A stretch of DNA of 64,000 bases from Calditrichia bacterium (GTDB lineage: Bacteria; Calditrichota; Calditrichia; JAJRVZ01). Made by a program: the position numbers and the translations under genes. The notes beneath the pieces are model-generated. The model saw only the letters and a list, made by a program, of their open reading frames with translations. It made no database searches and was not told where the DNA came from. Of this stretch, positions 24,758-36,016 are shown piece after piece; within the stretch, counting starts at the first letter, position 1; each line of letters opens with the position of its first letter. The stretch spans positions 160,001 through 224,000 of the forward strand of contig CAWCNS010000002.1 of NCBI GenBank assembly GCA_963796965.1, read 5' to 3'.

Positions 24758-25131
24758 CGAAAAAAGTATTATCAATATTTTTATACTAAAAGAGATTATG
24801 GGTTAAAATAGAGTGACAAATTTCAGGTATTTATCAGCTTGTTTGCATATTAGGATTATAAAAAATATATTCAATCCTGTGTCATGGATATATTTTAGAA
24901 AAATCTTTATGAGTAGAGACAAAAGTTTTATTCATACGATCATATTTTGTTTTACGAAGTTCAAATAATATTGAAGAATTAAAACCCCATCATCTCACCT
25001 TTGTTAGTTAGGAGGGGAACATAGGCGTAGGTGGTTTATAAGCAGTCTCTTACTGCATGATACGTATTTTTTTTTATTTGTCTCAATACCCCAGGGCCCC
25101 CTTATTTAAAAAACAAGCAAAGAGGATATTA

Positions 25132-26280
25132 ATGGATTTTGAACTCAGCACCGAACAAATTTTATTAAAAAATACTGTCAGAGATTTCGCACTTAAAGAA
25201 ATTGAACCTGTTATAGAAGAATTAGATCACAAAGAAGAATTCTCGGCAGAGCTTACGGCCAAAATGGGCAAACTTGGCCTGTTAGGAATTTGTACATCAC
25301 CCGACTATGGTGGCATGGGGATGGACACTTTATCCTATATAATCGCAGTTGAAGAACTTGCCCGGATCGATGCTTCGCAGGCAGCAACAATTGCCGCCCA
25401 TAATTCTTTAGGTATTGGCCCGATAGAATATTTCGGCAGTGAAGAACAAAAAAAGAAATATTTACCCGAACTTTGCACGGGAACAAAGCTGTGGGGATTT
25501 GGATTAACAGAAGCCAATGCCGGCTCCGATGCAGGTGGTACCCAAACTAAAGCATCGCTTGAAAATGGCCAATGGTGTATAAACGGCAGCAAAATTTTTA
25601 TAACAAACGCCTCCACAGAAATTACCTGGGGATCTACTATTCAGACTATTACAGGAACTCAGGAAAATGGAAACAAAGAATACTCCTGTATATTGGTTGA
25701 AAATAATACCCCGGGTTTTGAGGCAAAAGAGATGAATAAAAAAATGGTTTGGCGATCCTCGAACACCTCAGAACTCTATTTTGATAATGTGAAGGTTCCG
25801 GAGGAAAACCTATTAGGTAAACGTGGTCAAGGATTTCGTCAGATGTTACAGACACTTGACAATGGACGCCTTTCTATCGCCGCCATGGGATTAGGGGGTG
25901 CTCAGGGTGCATTTGATAAGGCATTAAAGTATGCACAGGAAAGAGAACAATTCGGTAAACCGATAATTAAATTTCAGGCGAATGCCTTTAAATTGGCAGA
26001 CATGGCCACTGAGATTGAAGCAGCCCGGGCTCTTCTTTATAGGGCGTGCTGGCTAAAAGATACCGGAAAATCCTTTAGTAAGGAATCAGCAATGGCAAAG
26101 CTATACTGCTCAGAGATGATGGGCCGCGTTGTTAATCAAGCCGTCCAGTTGTTCGGCGGATATGGACTTATGGAGGAATATGGTATTGCTCGTTTTTTCC
26201 GTGATCAGAAATTATTAGATATAGGGGAAGGAACGAGTGAAATACAAAGATTGGTTATATCACGAATAATTGGGGGATAA
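25132..26280 (+). CDS. Acyl-CoA dehydrogenase (short/branched-chain type)
   Basis: GLTEANAGSDA, NGSKIFITN, ERxQFGKPI, QLFGGYG, IGEGTSEIQR; start at ATG 25132. Confidence 0.92.
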   Translation: MDFELSTEQILLKNTVRDFALKEIEPVIEELDHKEEFSAELTAKMGKLGLLGICTSPDYGGMGMDTLSYIIAVEELARIDASQAATIAAHNSLGIGPIEYFGSEEQKKKYLPELCTGTKLWGFGLTEANAGSDAGGTQTKASLENGQWCINGSKIFITNASTEITWGSTIQTITGTQENGNKEYSCILVENNTPGFEAKEMNKKMVWRSSNTSELYFDNVKVPEENLLGKRGQGFRQMLQTLDNGRLSIAAMGLGGAQGAFDKALKYAQEREQFGKPIIKFQANAFKLADMATEIEAARALLYRACWLKDTGKSFSKESAMAKLYCSEMMGRVVNQAVQLFGGYGLMEEYGIARFFRDQKLLDIGEGTSEIQRLVISRIIGG

Positions 26281-26283
26281 AAA

Positions 26284-26320
<37 letters not shown>

Positions 26321-26457
26321 TAAAGTTGTGACAAACTGAATCTATTGTCAAATATTATTGGGAGTGTTCCGAAATTTATTGATAATTAAAAAATTTTAAA
26401 GGATTCTGAAAACGAGTAAAGAATATCCAGTATCGAGACTCGAGAATCATTTTTATT

Positions 26458-27895
26458 CTACCCGGCTCCTACCATTTTCTGTGCCAAAATTTGTAGTTTT
26501 TTTCTGTCCGCTTTCAAATCATCATTGACTGGCCATTCAAAAAAACGGATTGGTATTTTTATTACATTAATTTGCTTCCTAAGATTCTGCGTAAGGGCCT
26601 TCTCATCAATACCTTCATTAATTCGCATCTTTAAAAATGCTACCGGACGTCTACCATATTCATTATCAGCGATTGCAACGACACACGCATCTACAATAGC
26701 ATCGCCCATAAGCAATGCATTTTCTATCTCTTCAGGATAAATATTTTCGCCAGCGCTAATAAACATATTATCTTTCCGGCCTAATAAGACCAATTTCCCT
26801 TTTTCATCCATATATCCAAGATCGCCTGTATGATACCAGCCCTCATTATCAATTATCGATCTTAACTTTTTGTTTGCCAAGTATCCCTTGGCGAGGGTTT
26901 TACCCTTGACAAGGATTTCACGTTCATTACTAATCTTTAATTCCCGATAAGGCAAAAGGTGTCCGGAGGTGATGGCATGGTTTAAATTTTTATTTGGTTT
27001 CGTCGTTGTAATTTGTGATGACATTTCCGTTGAACCATAACTTATAAATAGTGGCAGGTTTTTATTTAAAGCCTCATTGATCAGGCTTTGGGAACAGTTG
27101 CTTCCCCCAATCAGAACCGCTTTCAGATGTTTCATCCTATCACCGTCAATACCACTTTTTAATAAACGGTAAAGTTGTGTTGGCACCAGTGAAAGGTGGG
27201 TTATACAATGATTCATTAGCTGATCATAGATCGGTTGATCATTGCTTCCAATTACAATTGTTCCTCCGGCCATAAAGGCGCGAAACAAGATGGCAATACC
27301 CGCCACATGATAAAAAGGAAGCACGATCAACCATTTATCTCCCCGGGCAAAAGTGATATTGGTATTGGAGCCCAATGCACTATAATAATGATTTTCCAGG
27401 GAATGCACGACAGCCTTAGCCTTTACCTGAGCTACCGGAGGTAAATAAAATGGTTGCTCTTTGATCCAAGGATAGATTTAAATCTAATTCATCTTGGTGA
27501 TAAGATCTGGATAGGTTGAAAATATCTGAGAGTGAGATCATTGTCATATCTAATAATGCAGAAGGAATAAATGTTTCATCAAATGAAATTATAAAATCAC
27601 AATTTGCCTGATTCAACAATTGAGTGATTTCCTCATTTGGCAGTCTTTCATTCACGGGAATAACAGTAGATTTCAGCTGCAGCAAGGCAAAGAATAAGAT
27701 AGGAAAACGTTGATCAATATCTACGATAATTCCCACATGGCTACCTTCACTTACCCCCTGCAATCGCAAGGTATTTGCAATACTAAAAATTTGATGAATA
27801 TATTCGTAATAAGAAAGACTCTCTTTTTGCCAAACCAGAGCCGCATTATTGGATTGATAATTTTTAAATTTAAGATCTAATTTAGGATGGTTCAT
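26458..27895 (-). CDS. menE: O-succinylbenzoate-CoA ligase; apparent +1 frameshift near 27420
   Basis: FTSGSSGK then AKAVVHS after removing one G; LPFYHVAG, SYGSTE, HTGDLG, GRKDNMFISAGENI; last gene of the men cluster. Confidence 0.88.
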
Positions 27896-27935
27896 TATTG
27901 TTCATGGAGTTTATTAATATATTTATTTGAGAGGA

Positions 27936-29069
27936 TTAATCAGAATTAATTTCCGCTTCGTTATCATAAAGTGAAAGCGATCCGGAAAATTCATGTAATT
28001 TGGAATAATCAATATGATCAACCGATATCTGTATATTATGAAGATTAAAGCATCCACCTGTTACTTTTAGTTTGCTTTTAAGTACATCTTCTTTTAAGTA
28101 TCGATAGGTATCAAACCCCATGGGAATCATATATTTACTAGAGGCAGATAATCTAACAAGAAATGATAAACCGATTCCAGAATGAAAGGTGTCGCTAAGG
28201 ACGCATCGAAGATTTAATTCATTGGACGTATTAATAATATCAAGTGAGTCCTGAACAGATCCAATTACGGCCGGTTTTACAACTAAAGTATTGATCCATT
28301 TTTTATTCCATAACTCGGATAGGGGGATGGATTTAATATTCTCATCTAGTGCAATTGGCACACCTGTTTTTTGATATAAATCAGGGAGATCCTGAAAATT
28401 TTTCAATGGCTCCTCAATATACTCTACTTCACAATCTTCAATGGCATTTACAAAATACTCGGCTGTAGGCAGGTCCCAGGCCTGATTGGCATCTAGTCTT
28501 AAGGTTGCCTTTCCTTTTATCAACTTGCATAATGATCTAACCTGGTCCACTTCTTGTTCTGGTGCCTGGTTTCCGACTTTAACTTTTATCGCCTGATAAC
28601 CATCGGCAAGTCCACGCTTAACTGCCTTTAGAATATCAGAGTGGGATCCATCTGCAAGAATGTTTATCAGGGAATAATCGTGTCTCCGGGGTATAAACTC
28701 GTTACGCGTGTCCTTTTTTTCATTGGCCATATACAGATTTAAAAGTCCTGTCTCAACCCCGAATCTTACGGAGGGTAACCATGTACTTTTTGGCATAACT
28801 GTATTTAGAAAACCTGGTATTCCAGAAATGTTTGGGATATGCGCACCAGTGAGTTTTGTCTGAATTATCGAAATTTGTTTTAATGCATCATTTATATTTT
28901 CTGAATGTAATCCCGGGAGGGGAGCGGCCTCTCCAAAACTTAGCTGGTTATTATCAGACATGAATTGAATAATAACTCCTTCCCGAATTGTTAATTGCTG
29001 CTTCTTAATTTTAAGAGATTTTTGAAGGGGTAATTGATAAGTAAAAATACTGATCTGTCTGATTTTCAT
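27936..29069 (-). CDS. menC: O-succinylbenzoate synthase
   Basis: GEAAPLPG, KVKVG, LRLDANQ, YIEEP, ALDE, VVKP enolase-superfamily motifs. Confidence 0.9.
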   Translation of the reverse strand: MKIRQISIFTYQLPLQKSLKIKKQQLTIREGVIIQFMSDNNQLSFGEAAPLPGLHSENINDALKQISIIQTKLTGAHIPNISGIPGFLNTVMPKSTWLPSVRFGVETGLLNLYMANEKKDTRNEFIPRRHDYSLINILADGSHSDILKAVKRGLADGYQAIKVKVGNQAPEQEVDQVRSLCKLIKGKATLRLDANQAWDLPTAEYFVNAIEDCEVEYIEEPLKNFQDLPDLYQKTGVPIALDENIKSIPLSELWNKKWINTLVVKPAVIGSVQDSLDIINTSNELNLRCVLSDTFHSGIGLSFLVRLSASSKYMIPMGFDTYRYLKEDVLKSKLKVTGGCFNLHNIQISVDHIDYSKLHEFSGSLSLYDNEAEINSD

Positions 29070-29944
29070 ACAATCCAACCCAGAGAAAATACCAAACTAT
29101 AAACCAACAGTATTTTTCCGGTGTTTGCCAGGGCATTATTTAATTCTGGGCTAATATCATCAAAAAGAACATTTTTAATAGTTGGAAAGGCGAATAGGAC
29201 GACAAGGATGGCTGAAAGAGAGTATGGATGACTGGGGTTAAGAACCAATAGGATGATTGGCATCGCACATGCGAGAAGGATGGAAATAAGATATTCCGTT
29301 CGGACAAATATGGGACCAAAGCGGACGGCAAGGGTTTTTTTTCCGGCCTTTTTGTCGGTATGAATATCCCGTAAATTATTCACACTGAGGAGAGCTGTAG
29401 AGATTAATCCGGGTGATAATCCGGCCAATAAAACGATTACATTCATATCAAGAGTTTGAAGATAATATGTTCCCCCGACGGCAACCGGTCCAAAGAATAC
29501 AAGGACAAAAATATCTGCCAATCCCTTATAACCCAAAGGGAAAGGTCCTCCGGTATATAAAATCCCAAATAGAATAGACAGGAAGCCTATTATCAAGATT
29601 GGCAATCCACCAATAAAAATCAGAAAGAATCCGGATAAAGCCGAAAGAGAGAAAGCGAGAATAAAAGCCCAACGCATTTCCGAGGGTTTGACCAACCCTG
29701 CCACGGTAGCCCGAACTGGTCCAATTCTTTCAGCTGTGTCAGCACCTTTTTTATAATCATAATAATCATTTGCAAAATTTGTCCCAACCTGAATCATCAT
29801 TGCAGAAAGCAATGTTACAATCGCAATCAAAGGATCCCATTTTCCATCCGCAAAGGCCATTGCCGTACCAATTAAAACAGGTGCTACTGCTGCCCATAAT
29901 GTTTTGGGCCTTGCCGCTTCTACCCAGACTTTAATTCCTCTCAC
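29066..29944 (-). CDS. menA: 1,4-dihydroxy-2-naphthoate prenyltransferase
   Basis: ARPKTL, NFANDYYD, YTGGPFPLGYKGL, NNLRDI..D..GKKTL; start taken at GTG 29944. Confidence 0.92.
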   Translation of the reverse strand: MRGIKVWVEAARPKTLWAAVAPVLIGTAMAFADGKWDPLIAIVTLLSAMMIQVGTNFANDYYDYKKGADTAERIGPVRATVAGLVKPSEMRWAFILAFSLSALSGFFLIFIGGLPILIIGFLSILFGILYTGGPFPLGYKGLADIFVLVFFGPVAVGGTYYLQTLDMNVIVLLAGLSPGLISTALLSVNNLRDIHTDKKAGKKTLAVRFGPIFVRTEYLISILLACAMPIILLVLNPSHPYSLSAILVVLFAFPTIKNVLFDDISPELNNALANTGKILLVYSLVFSLGWIV

Positions 29945-30264
29945 GCATATTCCTTTAAACTGAAAAATAATATCTAACCTCCGGTTTTTATATCTCGCAG
30001 AGACGCTCCCGATAAACATGTTTCCATCCCGTCGACATATACGGGATGAAATCGTCCATGATTTCAAAAGACACAAAGATGCAGAGGAAGAACTAACTAT
30101 AATCTAAAAAACTTTTCTACAGAATCCTTGTTCAGCTTATTAGCTATTGGCTGTTATTCTCAGGATCTTTAAACAGTCTATTAAATATAGATAACTTAAA
30201 AAATATTCCATATCAAAAAAGATTTTCCTTTATATCGATGCAATTTAAAACCTAATAATAGGCA

Positions 30265-31086
30265 TCAGGGGCGTTTGGGAAATTTTGAAAAATCGGGTTT
30301 TCGTTTTTCAACAAAAGCATTTCTTCCCTCCTGACCCTCCTCAGTCATATAAAACAACATCGTGGCATTACCGGCAAGCTCCTGCAGGCCAGCCTGACCA
30401 TCGCAATCCGCATTGAGGGCTGCTTTGAGACATCTGATGGCTATAGGAGAGTTCGCCAGAATTTCCTGAGACCAACTTACAGTCTCCTGCTCTAGCATTT
30501 CCAGGGGCACAACCGTATTTACTAATCCCATTTCTAATGCTTGCCAGGCATCATACTGACGGCAAAGATACCATATTTCACGTGCTTTTTTTTGCCCGAC
30601 TATTCTGGCCATATAACTGGCTCCATATCCCCCATCAAAGGAACCGACTTTAGGTCCGGTCTGACCAAACACAGCATTTTCTGCGGCAATAGTCAAATCA
30701 CACATTAGGTGTAGTACATGACCACCTCCAATTGCATATCCCGCGACCATGGCAATAACTGGTTTGGGGCAGGTTCGTATCTGTCGTTGGAAATCCAATA
30801 CATTCAACCGGTGGGTACCTTGATTATCTACATATCCGGCATCGCCGCGTATTTTCTGATCGCCGCCGGAACAGAAGGCCTTTTCTCCCTCACCTGTAAG
30901 TATTATCACCCCAATATTACCATCATTTCTGGCATCTTCCAATGCCTCCATCATTTCCACAACCGTTTGGGGTCGAAAGGCGTTTCGTACCTCTGGTCTG
31001 TTGATAGTTATCTTAGCAATACCTTCAAACTTATGATATTTAATATCATTATAGTTACCTGCCTGTTTCCACTCAACCTGATTCAT
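30265..31086 (-). CDS. menB: 1,4-dihydroxy-2-naphthoyl-CoA synthase
   Basis: [41 protein letters not shown]. Confidence 0.97.
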   Translation of the reverse strand: MNQVEWKQAGNYNDIKYHKFEGIAKITINRPEVRNAFRPQTVVEMMEALEDARNDGNIGVIILTGEGEKAFCSGGDQKIRGDAGYVDNQGTHRLNVLDFQRQIRTCPKPVIAMVAGYAIGGGHVLHLMCDLTIAAENAVFGQTGPKVGSFDGGYGASYMARIVGQKKAREIWYLCRQYDAWQALEMGLVNTVVPLEMLEQETVSWSQEILANSPIAIRCLKAALNADCDGQAGLQELAGNATMLFYMTEEGQEGRNAFVEKRKPDFSKFPKRP

Positions 31087-31915
31087 TAACTTCTCTCCCA
31101 AAATGTCTTAAAAAATCATAAATATATTCCATAAATACAACTGGCTGCTCAAAATGTGAATTATGTCCCGCATTTGGAACGACTTTTAATTCAGTCCGGA
31201 GTAAAGTTTTTTCCATCTGCGTCATAATTGTTGTGAATTTACGATCAAATTCGCCCACCAGCAAAAGTACAGGGATATCAATTTTAGAAAGATCACCCCA
31301 TAAAGAAGGTTGAATTCCGGTTCCCATCATTTTCAGACTGATTGCTAAGTTCCTGGGATCGTTTTCCATTCGTCTGAAAATCAATCCCTCCAGATCAGAA
31401 TTTTCACGCAATGAGTTAAAAATTGGCTGATGATACCATTCCCAGAGAAAAGTGTTGAATTCACTATCCTCAAGTTTTTTTGCCAATTTTTCATCATTTT
31501 TAATGCGCTTTGATCTTTCTTCTTTACTTCGTAAGCCGGGCGAGGAAGACTCCAGAATAAGAGTCTGCCAAATATGAGGATTTTCCACTAAAAGATAGAG
31601 AGCAAGGCGACCACCCATTGAGTAACCAAGTAATGATGATCTCGAAATTTTCATATTACGGAGCCACTGGATTAAAATGGGCGAGAGAATTTCCATTTGG
31701 TAATTATCATCACCACCATGAACGGTTGTCAGACCATGTCCGGGTAAATCCGGAATCAGACAATAATAATTATCGGCCAGATCTTCAGCAATTATTTGCC
31801 AGTCAAGACCAGATCCCATAAATCCATGCAGACAAAGAAGGCAGGGTTTTTCAGGGTTACCTGTTGTATAATAATGTAGGGTATATTTCTGATGGTTCCA
31901 GTAATTACTTTTCAA
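31073..31915 (-). CDS. menH: SHCHC synthase (alpha/beta hydrolase)
   Basis: LHGFMG, GYSMGGR, WYHQPIF, AGHNSH; between menD and menB. Confidence 0.9.
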   Translation of the reverse strand: MKSNYWNHQKYTLHYYTTGNPEKPCLLCLHGFMGSGLDWQIIAEDLADNYYCLIPDLPGHGLTTVHGGDDNYQMEILSPILIQWLRNMKISRSSLLGYSMGGRLALYLLVENPHIWQTLILESSSPGLRSKEERSKRIKNDEKLAKKLEDSEFNTFLWEWYHQPIFNSLRENSDLEGLIFRRMENDPRNLAISLKMMGTGIQPSLWGDLSKIDIPVLLLVGEFDRKFTTIMTQMEKTLLRTELKVVPNAGHNSHFEQPVVFMEYIYDFLRHFGREVNESG

Positions 31916-33662
31916 GAACTGTTTTTACTTTTTTTTGTATTTCCTGATGTGTTAATAAATTCTTTGCTCTATCGGTTTTTATTTCAATCAAAGAAGAACG
32001 CTTTCCTGAAGCACATTTCTTGTAGTTCTCTATAAAATCTTTATTAGTCGAGGGTTGAAAATATCTAAGATTAAACATTCCAGCCAAATATTTGAAATCA
32101 TAATCATGCGCTGTTCCAAAATATTGCTCAAAAATATGTGAGTATTTTGCAACCGGAAGAAATGAAAAGATGCCTCCACCACTATTATTTATAAGAACCA
32201 GGGTGATCGGATTCTCCGATCCGTCAACTAGTAACAATGAATTCATATCATGGATTAAAGCCAGATCTCCAAGCACTACTGTTACAGGTTTGTTCAAACC
32301 GCTACAATATCCTGCCGCTGTAGCCAAAATTCCATCGATACCACTGGCACCTCGATTTGCAGATATAAAAGGTGTAGGGTTTCCAAAATCAGCAAACATA
32401 TCAAAATCCCGAATAGGCATGCTGTTAGAGAGAAAAAGGCCATGAGCAGGATTTAGATTTCGGGATAAGTGAACGGGTAGAGAAAATTCAGAAATCTCTG
32501 AATTTGATTGGAGATATTTATCTAACACATCTCTGACTTTTAAATCATTTTCAGTAATCCCCATATGCCAATTCTTATCCGTATTGCCCCTTACCTGAGC
32601 CCCCAAACTGGTGCAAAAATAATCAATATCGCAATCAAAACGTTTCGAAATCTGATGGCTTGGGTCATGTCGTTCTTCGTTCTCAGCAATATGGATATAG
32701 GCTTGAGGCGGATGTTTTTGGATAAATTGCAGATATCTTTTTGATGTCAATGGTCTGCCAATATGTAAAATCAATTTAGGATTCAGATCATTCTCAACTT
32801 TATCAGATAAAAGAAGTTGATCAAAATATTTGATAATTGAAGCCGATTTGGATTCACCACGAAGACCTGACGTTATATCTGCAAATACTGGCCACCGCAA
32901 CCTGGCGGCTAATTGGACAACGGCCCTTTTAGCTCTCTCACCAGGCAGCTCTCCTACAACAAGAAGGCCCTTTCGTACACCATTTATTTGATGAGCAAGA
33001 TTGTCTACCGCCTTTTGGCTAGGATAAGCGTTCTTTTTTTCATAGATCGAAAATGGTTTTCGGGATTGTTCCCACTTTCTCACAGATCTAAAATAGGTTC
33101 GAGGGAAAGGCTTATTTGTGGGTTCCAGTGGTTCTCTGAACATACAATTTAAATGAACCGGCCCAGGACCATTACACTGTGTTTGGTATACCGCCTGGTC
33201 AATTGTAGTTAATACCATTTGTGCAGGAATCTCCAGATCCGGACAGGGAAGATCAAAAAACCATTTTGGATAGTCTGAAAAAATCTTTACCTGATCAATA
33301 GTCTGATTTGCCCCAGTAGCTCTCAAATCTGGTGGACGATCTGCCGTTATTATTATAAGAGGAATATTAGATTGACGGGCTTCAATAATTGCGGGGTAAA
33401 AATTTGCTGCTGCGGTACCTGAGGTACAGATAATAGCCGCTGGTTTCCCGGTTGCCCTACTATATCCCAACGCATAGAAAGCACTTCCACGTTCATCGAT
33501 ACAAACAATATTTTCTGCATTGGGATTTTCAGCGGCTGCAATGGTCAGGGGCGTGGATCGAGAACCGGGAGAAATACAAAAACGGGTAATACCATTTCTG
33601 ACAAGCTCATCAATAAGCAGGTATCCCCAGAAGCTGTTGATGTTCTTTAAGCGACTTTCCAT
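31905..33662 (-). CDS. menD: SEPHCHC synthase
   Basis: ISPGSRSTPL, DERGSAF, TSGTAAAN, TADRP, NSMPIRD, NRGASGIDG, NNSGGGIF. Confidence 0.96.
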   Translation of the reverse strand: MESRLKNINSFWGYLLIDELVRNGITRFCISPGSRSTPLTIAAAENPNAENIVCIDERGSAFYALGYSRATGKPAAIICTSGTAAANFYPAIIEARQSNIPLIIITADRPPDLRATGANQTIDQVKIFSDYPKWFFDLPCPDLEIPAQMVLTTIDQAVYQTQCNGPGPVHLNCMFREPLEPTNKPFPRTYFRSVRKWEQSRKPFSIYEKKNAYPSQKAVDNLAHQINGVRKGLLVVGELPGERAKRAVVQLAARLRWPVFADITSGLRGESKSASIIKYFDQLLLSDKVENDLNPKLILHIGRPLTSKRYLQFIQKHPPQAYIHIAENEERHDPSHQISKRFDCDIDYFCTSLGAQVRGNTDKNWHMGITENDLKVRDVLDKYLQSNSEISEFSLPVHLSRNLNPAHGLFLSNSMPIRDFDMFADFGNPTPFISANRGASGIDGILATAAGYCSGLNKPVTVVLGDLALIHDMNSLLLVDGSENPITLVLINNSGGGIFSFLPVAKYSHIFEQYFGTAHDYDFKYLAGMFNLRYFQPSTNKDFIENYKKCASGKRSSLIEIKTDRAKNLLTHQEIQKKVKTVLEK

Positions 33663-35034
33663 CAACTTCCAATACTTTTTTATAATGGTCGATTTTATTA
33701 TCTAACTCTTCCCATTCCTTTTCTGGAGAGGAACCTTCAACTATACCAGCACCAGAATACAGATACATTTTATTTTTTATTACCAGGGCTGAACGTATAG
33801 CTACAGCGAAAGTTGCAGAATCAGCACCAGTCCAGCCAACAGGCGCCGCATACCATCCACGATTAAAGGGCTCAGCCGCCTTAAGGGTAGGCAAAACTGA
33901 TTTTTCCGGGTAGCCCCCAACAGCTGGGGTGGGATGTAATGCTTCAAGAATTTCACCATCCGTCACACCGTCGTGAAGCGTTCCGTTAAACGGAACATAA
34001 AGATGTTGAATCTGTGATAGTTTTAGTACACTTACTTTCTGATCAGAATTAAGATTTTCACACAATCTACCCAAATTTCTTCGCAAACTTGTGGAGACGT
34101 AACCATGCTCCCTTAGCTCTTTTTCACTGGTTATCAATTCATTGGCTAATTCTTCATTCTGTTTTTCATCTTGCCCCCGCGGTCTTGTACCAGCAACCGC
34201 TTCTGAGATAATATCTCTTTTATCTCTCCGGTATAAGATTTCCGGCGTTACACCAACAAAGACCATATCTTCTTGTGGCTGAAAACAAAAACTAACTGTA
34301 TGATGGTTTGTTTTACGTAAAATTGAGATAATTGCAAAAGGGTCTGGTTGTGTTAGCAGATCTATTTCAACTTTGCGCGCCAGAACTATTTTTTCATATT
34401 CATCATTTTGAATATGGCGCAAAGCTGTATAGATCATATCTTGCCACTTCTTCTTATCAGGGTGGTTAACTATCTCTGCAATTACCTGCTTTTCAGCCGG
34501 TGCGCACTGGTCTTCAAATGAGATTTTATCCAGATCACGGACAAGTTGAATAAGTTCATTATCATCGGGATGTACGAGATTGCAGATAAAAAAATCACCT
34601 TCACCATTTCGTACTATTTCAAATCGGGGTAAAATAAATTGATAGGCGCCGAAGGCTTTCCATTCTTCTTTAATAAGTGAGTTCTTATAAAAAGAAAATC
34701 CACCAAAATAACGACATTTTGAACATTTCTCGGAAGAGTACTTGTGAACTCGTTGAATTACCGGGGCATAGCCCGACAATTCATCTCCAAATACACTATC
34801 AGCAGCACCTATTCCGGCAACTTCAAGATTTTCATTTTTGTCATACCAATAAAATTTTTGAGAATAGGTTTGATTCCTTAACCAGCTTAGAATATCGATT
34901 TCTTCAATGGGTAAGGCAAGCCTTAAAACACGCGGATATTTTTCTTTCCGGGTCGTACGGGAATTCAGATAGCTAAGAACTGTTTCTCTGATCTGACCTA
35001 TTGTTACTTTTTTTATACCAATTTTTTCAAGCAT
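33610..35034 (-). CDS. menF: Isochorismate synthase
   Basis: KIVLAR, TPEIL, AVAGT, KELREH, LHPTPAVGG, RGWYA, VAIRS, GAGIV. Confidence 0.92.
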   Translation of the reverse strand: MLEKIGIKKVTIGQIRETVLSYLNSRTTRKEKYPRVLRLALPIEEIDILSWLRNQTYSQKFYWYDKNENLEVAGIGAADSVFGDELSGYAPVIQRVHKYSSEKCSKCRYFGGFSFYKNSLIKEEWKAFGAYQFILPRFEIVRNGEGDFFICNLVHPDDNELIQLVRDLDKISFEDQCAPAEKQVIAEIVNHPDKKKWQDMIYTALRHIQNDEYEKIVLARKVEIDLLTQPDPFAIISILRKTNHHTVSFCFQPQEDMVFVGVTPEILYRRDKRDIISEAVAGTRPRGQDEKQNEELANELITSEKELREHGYVSTSLRRNLGRLCENLNSDQKVSVLKLSQIQHLYVPFNGTLHDGVTDGEILEALHPTPAVGGYPEKSVLPTLKAAEPFNRGWYAAPVGWTGADSATFAVAIRSALVIKNKMYLYSGAGIVEGSSPEKEWEELDNKIDHYKKVLEVDGKSLKEHQQLLGIPAY

Positions 35035-35047
35035 ATATGTAATGTGG

Positions 35048-35782
35048 TTAATTTATAATCTTTTTTCCATAGTAAATTGTCGCTACACCGAAAGTTAATG
35101 GTAGCATTTCAACTTCATCAAATCCTTGTCCAGATATCAAATCACAGAATGCCTTTCCATATGGAAAGGTCTCCACAGTTTGATTAAGATAACGATAAGC
35201 ATATCGATCTCCGGATATCAGTCCACCAATAAATGGTAGCACGTACCGGAAATATATTAAGTATAATTTCCTAATAATTCTTATTTTTGGCAATGAAAAT
35301 TCCAAAATAATTACCCGTCCCCCCGGAGTGAGTACGCGGTACATTTCAGAAAGTGCTTTTTTTACATCTGTTACATTGCGAATGCCAAAAGAAATGGTTA
35401 CAGTATCAAAAGATCCTTCCTCAAATTGTATATCTTCTGCATTGCCCTCTTGTAAGGTAATTACATTCTGCAATTGTTGCTGTCGAACTTTTTCTTTACC
35501 AATATCGAGCATTTCGAGGGCAAGATCGGTACCCGTTGCAGAGGCTATGCGACTACTCGTTTGAAAAAGGTAAAGTAATTGATCACCGGTACCGGTGGCC
35601 AGATCTAGAATCTTTTGATTGGATTTTTCGGGCAGGACTTGAGCAACTTTTTTACGCCATCTTATGTCCTGGCCAAGTGAGAGGAGATGGTTTAGCAAAT
35701 CGTAGCGACGGGCAATTCGATCAAACATCTGCCAAACCTGAGCACGTTGTGGTTGTTTTTTGGTGTTAACCAATAATTCCAT
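35048..35782 (-). CDS. menG: Demethylmenaquinone methyltransferase (UbiE/MenG)
   Basis: MFDRIARRYDLLN, LDLATGTGD, FGIRNV, AYRYL. Confidence 0.93.
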   Translation of the reverse strand: MELLVNTKKQPQRAQVWQMFDRIARRYDLLNHLLSLGQDIRWRKKVAQVLPEKSNQKILDLATGTGDQLLYLFQTSSRIASATGTDLALEMLDIGKEKVRQQQLQNVITLQEGNAEDIQFEEGSFDTVTISFGIRNVTDVKKALSEMYRVLTPGGRVIILEFSLPKIRIIRKLYLIYFRYVLPFIGGLISGDRYAYRYLNQTVETFPYGKAFCDLISGQGFDEVEMLPLTFGVATIYYGKKIIN

Positions 35783-36016
35783 TTATCTCCATATCAATCA
35801 TCGATTTTTCCAAGTCAAAAGTTGGGTATATTGTTCCATATAAATCAGAAAACGAACAAATGGGTACAGATAATACTTCTCTAAAACATATTTTCGCGTT
35901 GAATTTAGGTAAATTATAGAATGCCTTCAATCTTTTTTAATTCACATAAAAATCTATAGTTTATTAACCCCGGTGGCTGAAAATATATTCCAATTCTTAA
36001 AGATGGTCACAAACGA

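Noticed and set aside
26458..35782. Menaquinone cluster as a novel pathway
   Set aside because: Standard menG-F-D-H-B-A-C-E set; a missing menI in the cluster is common
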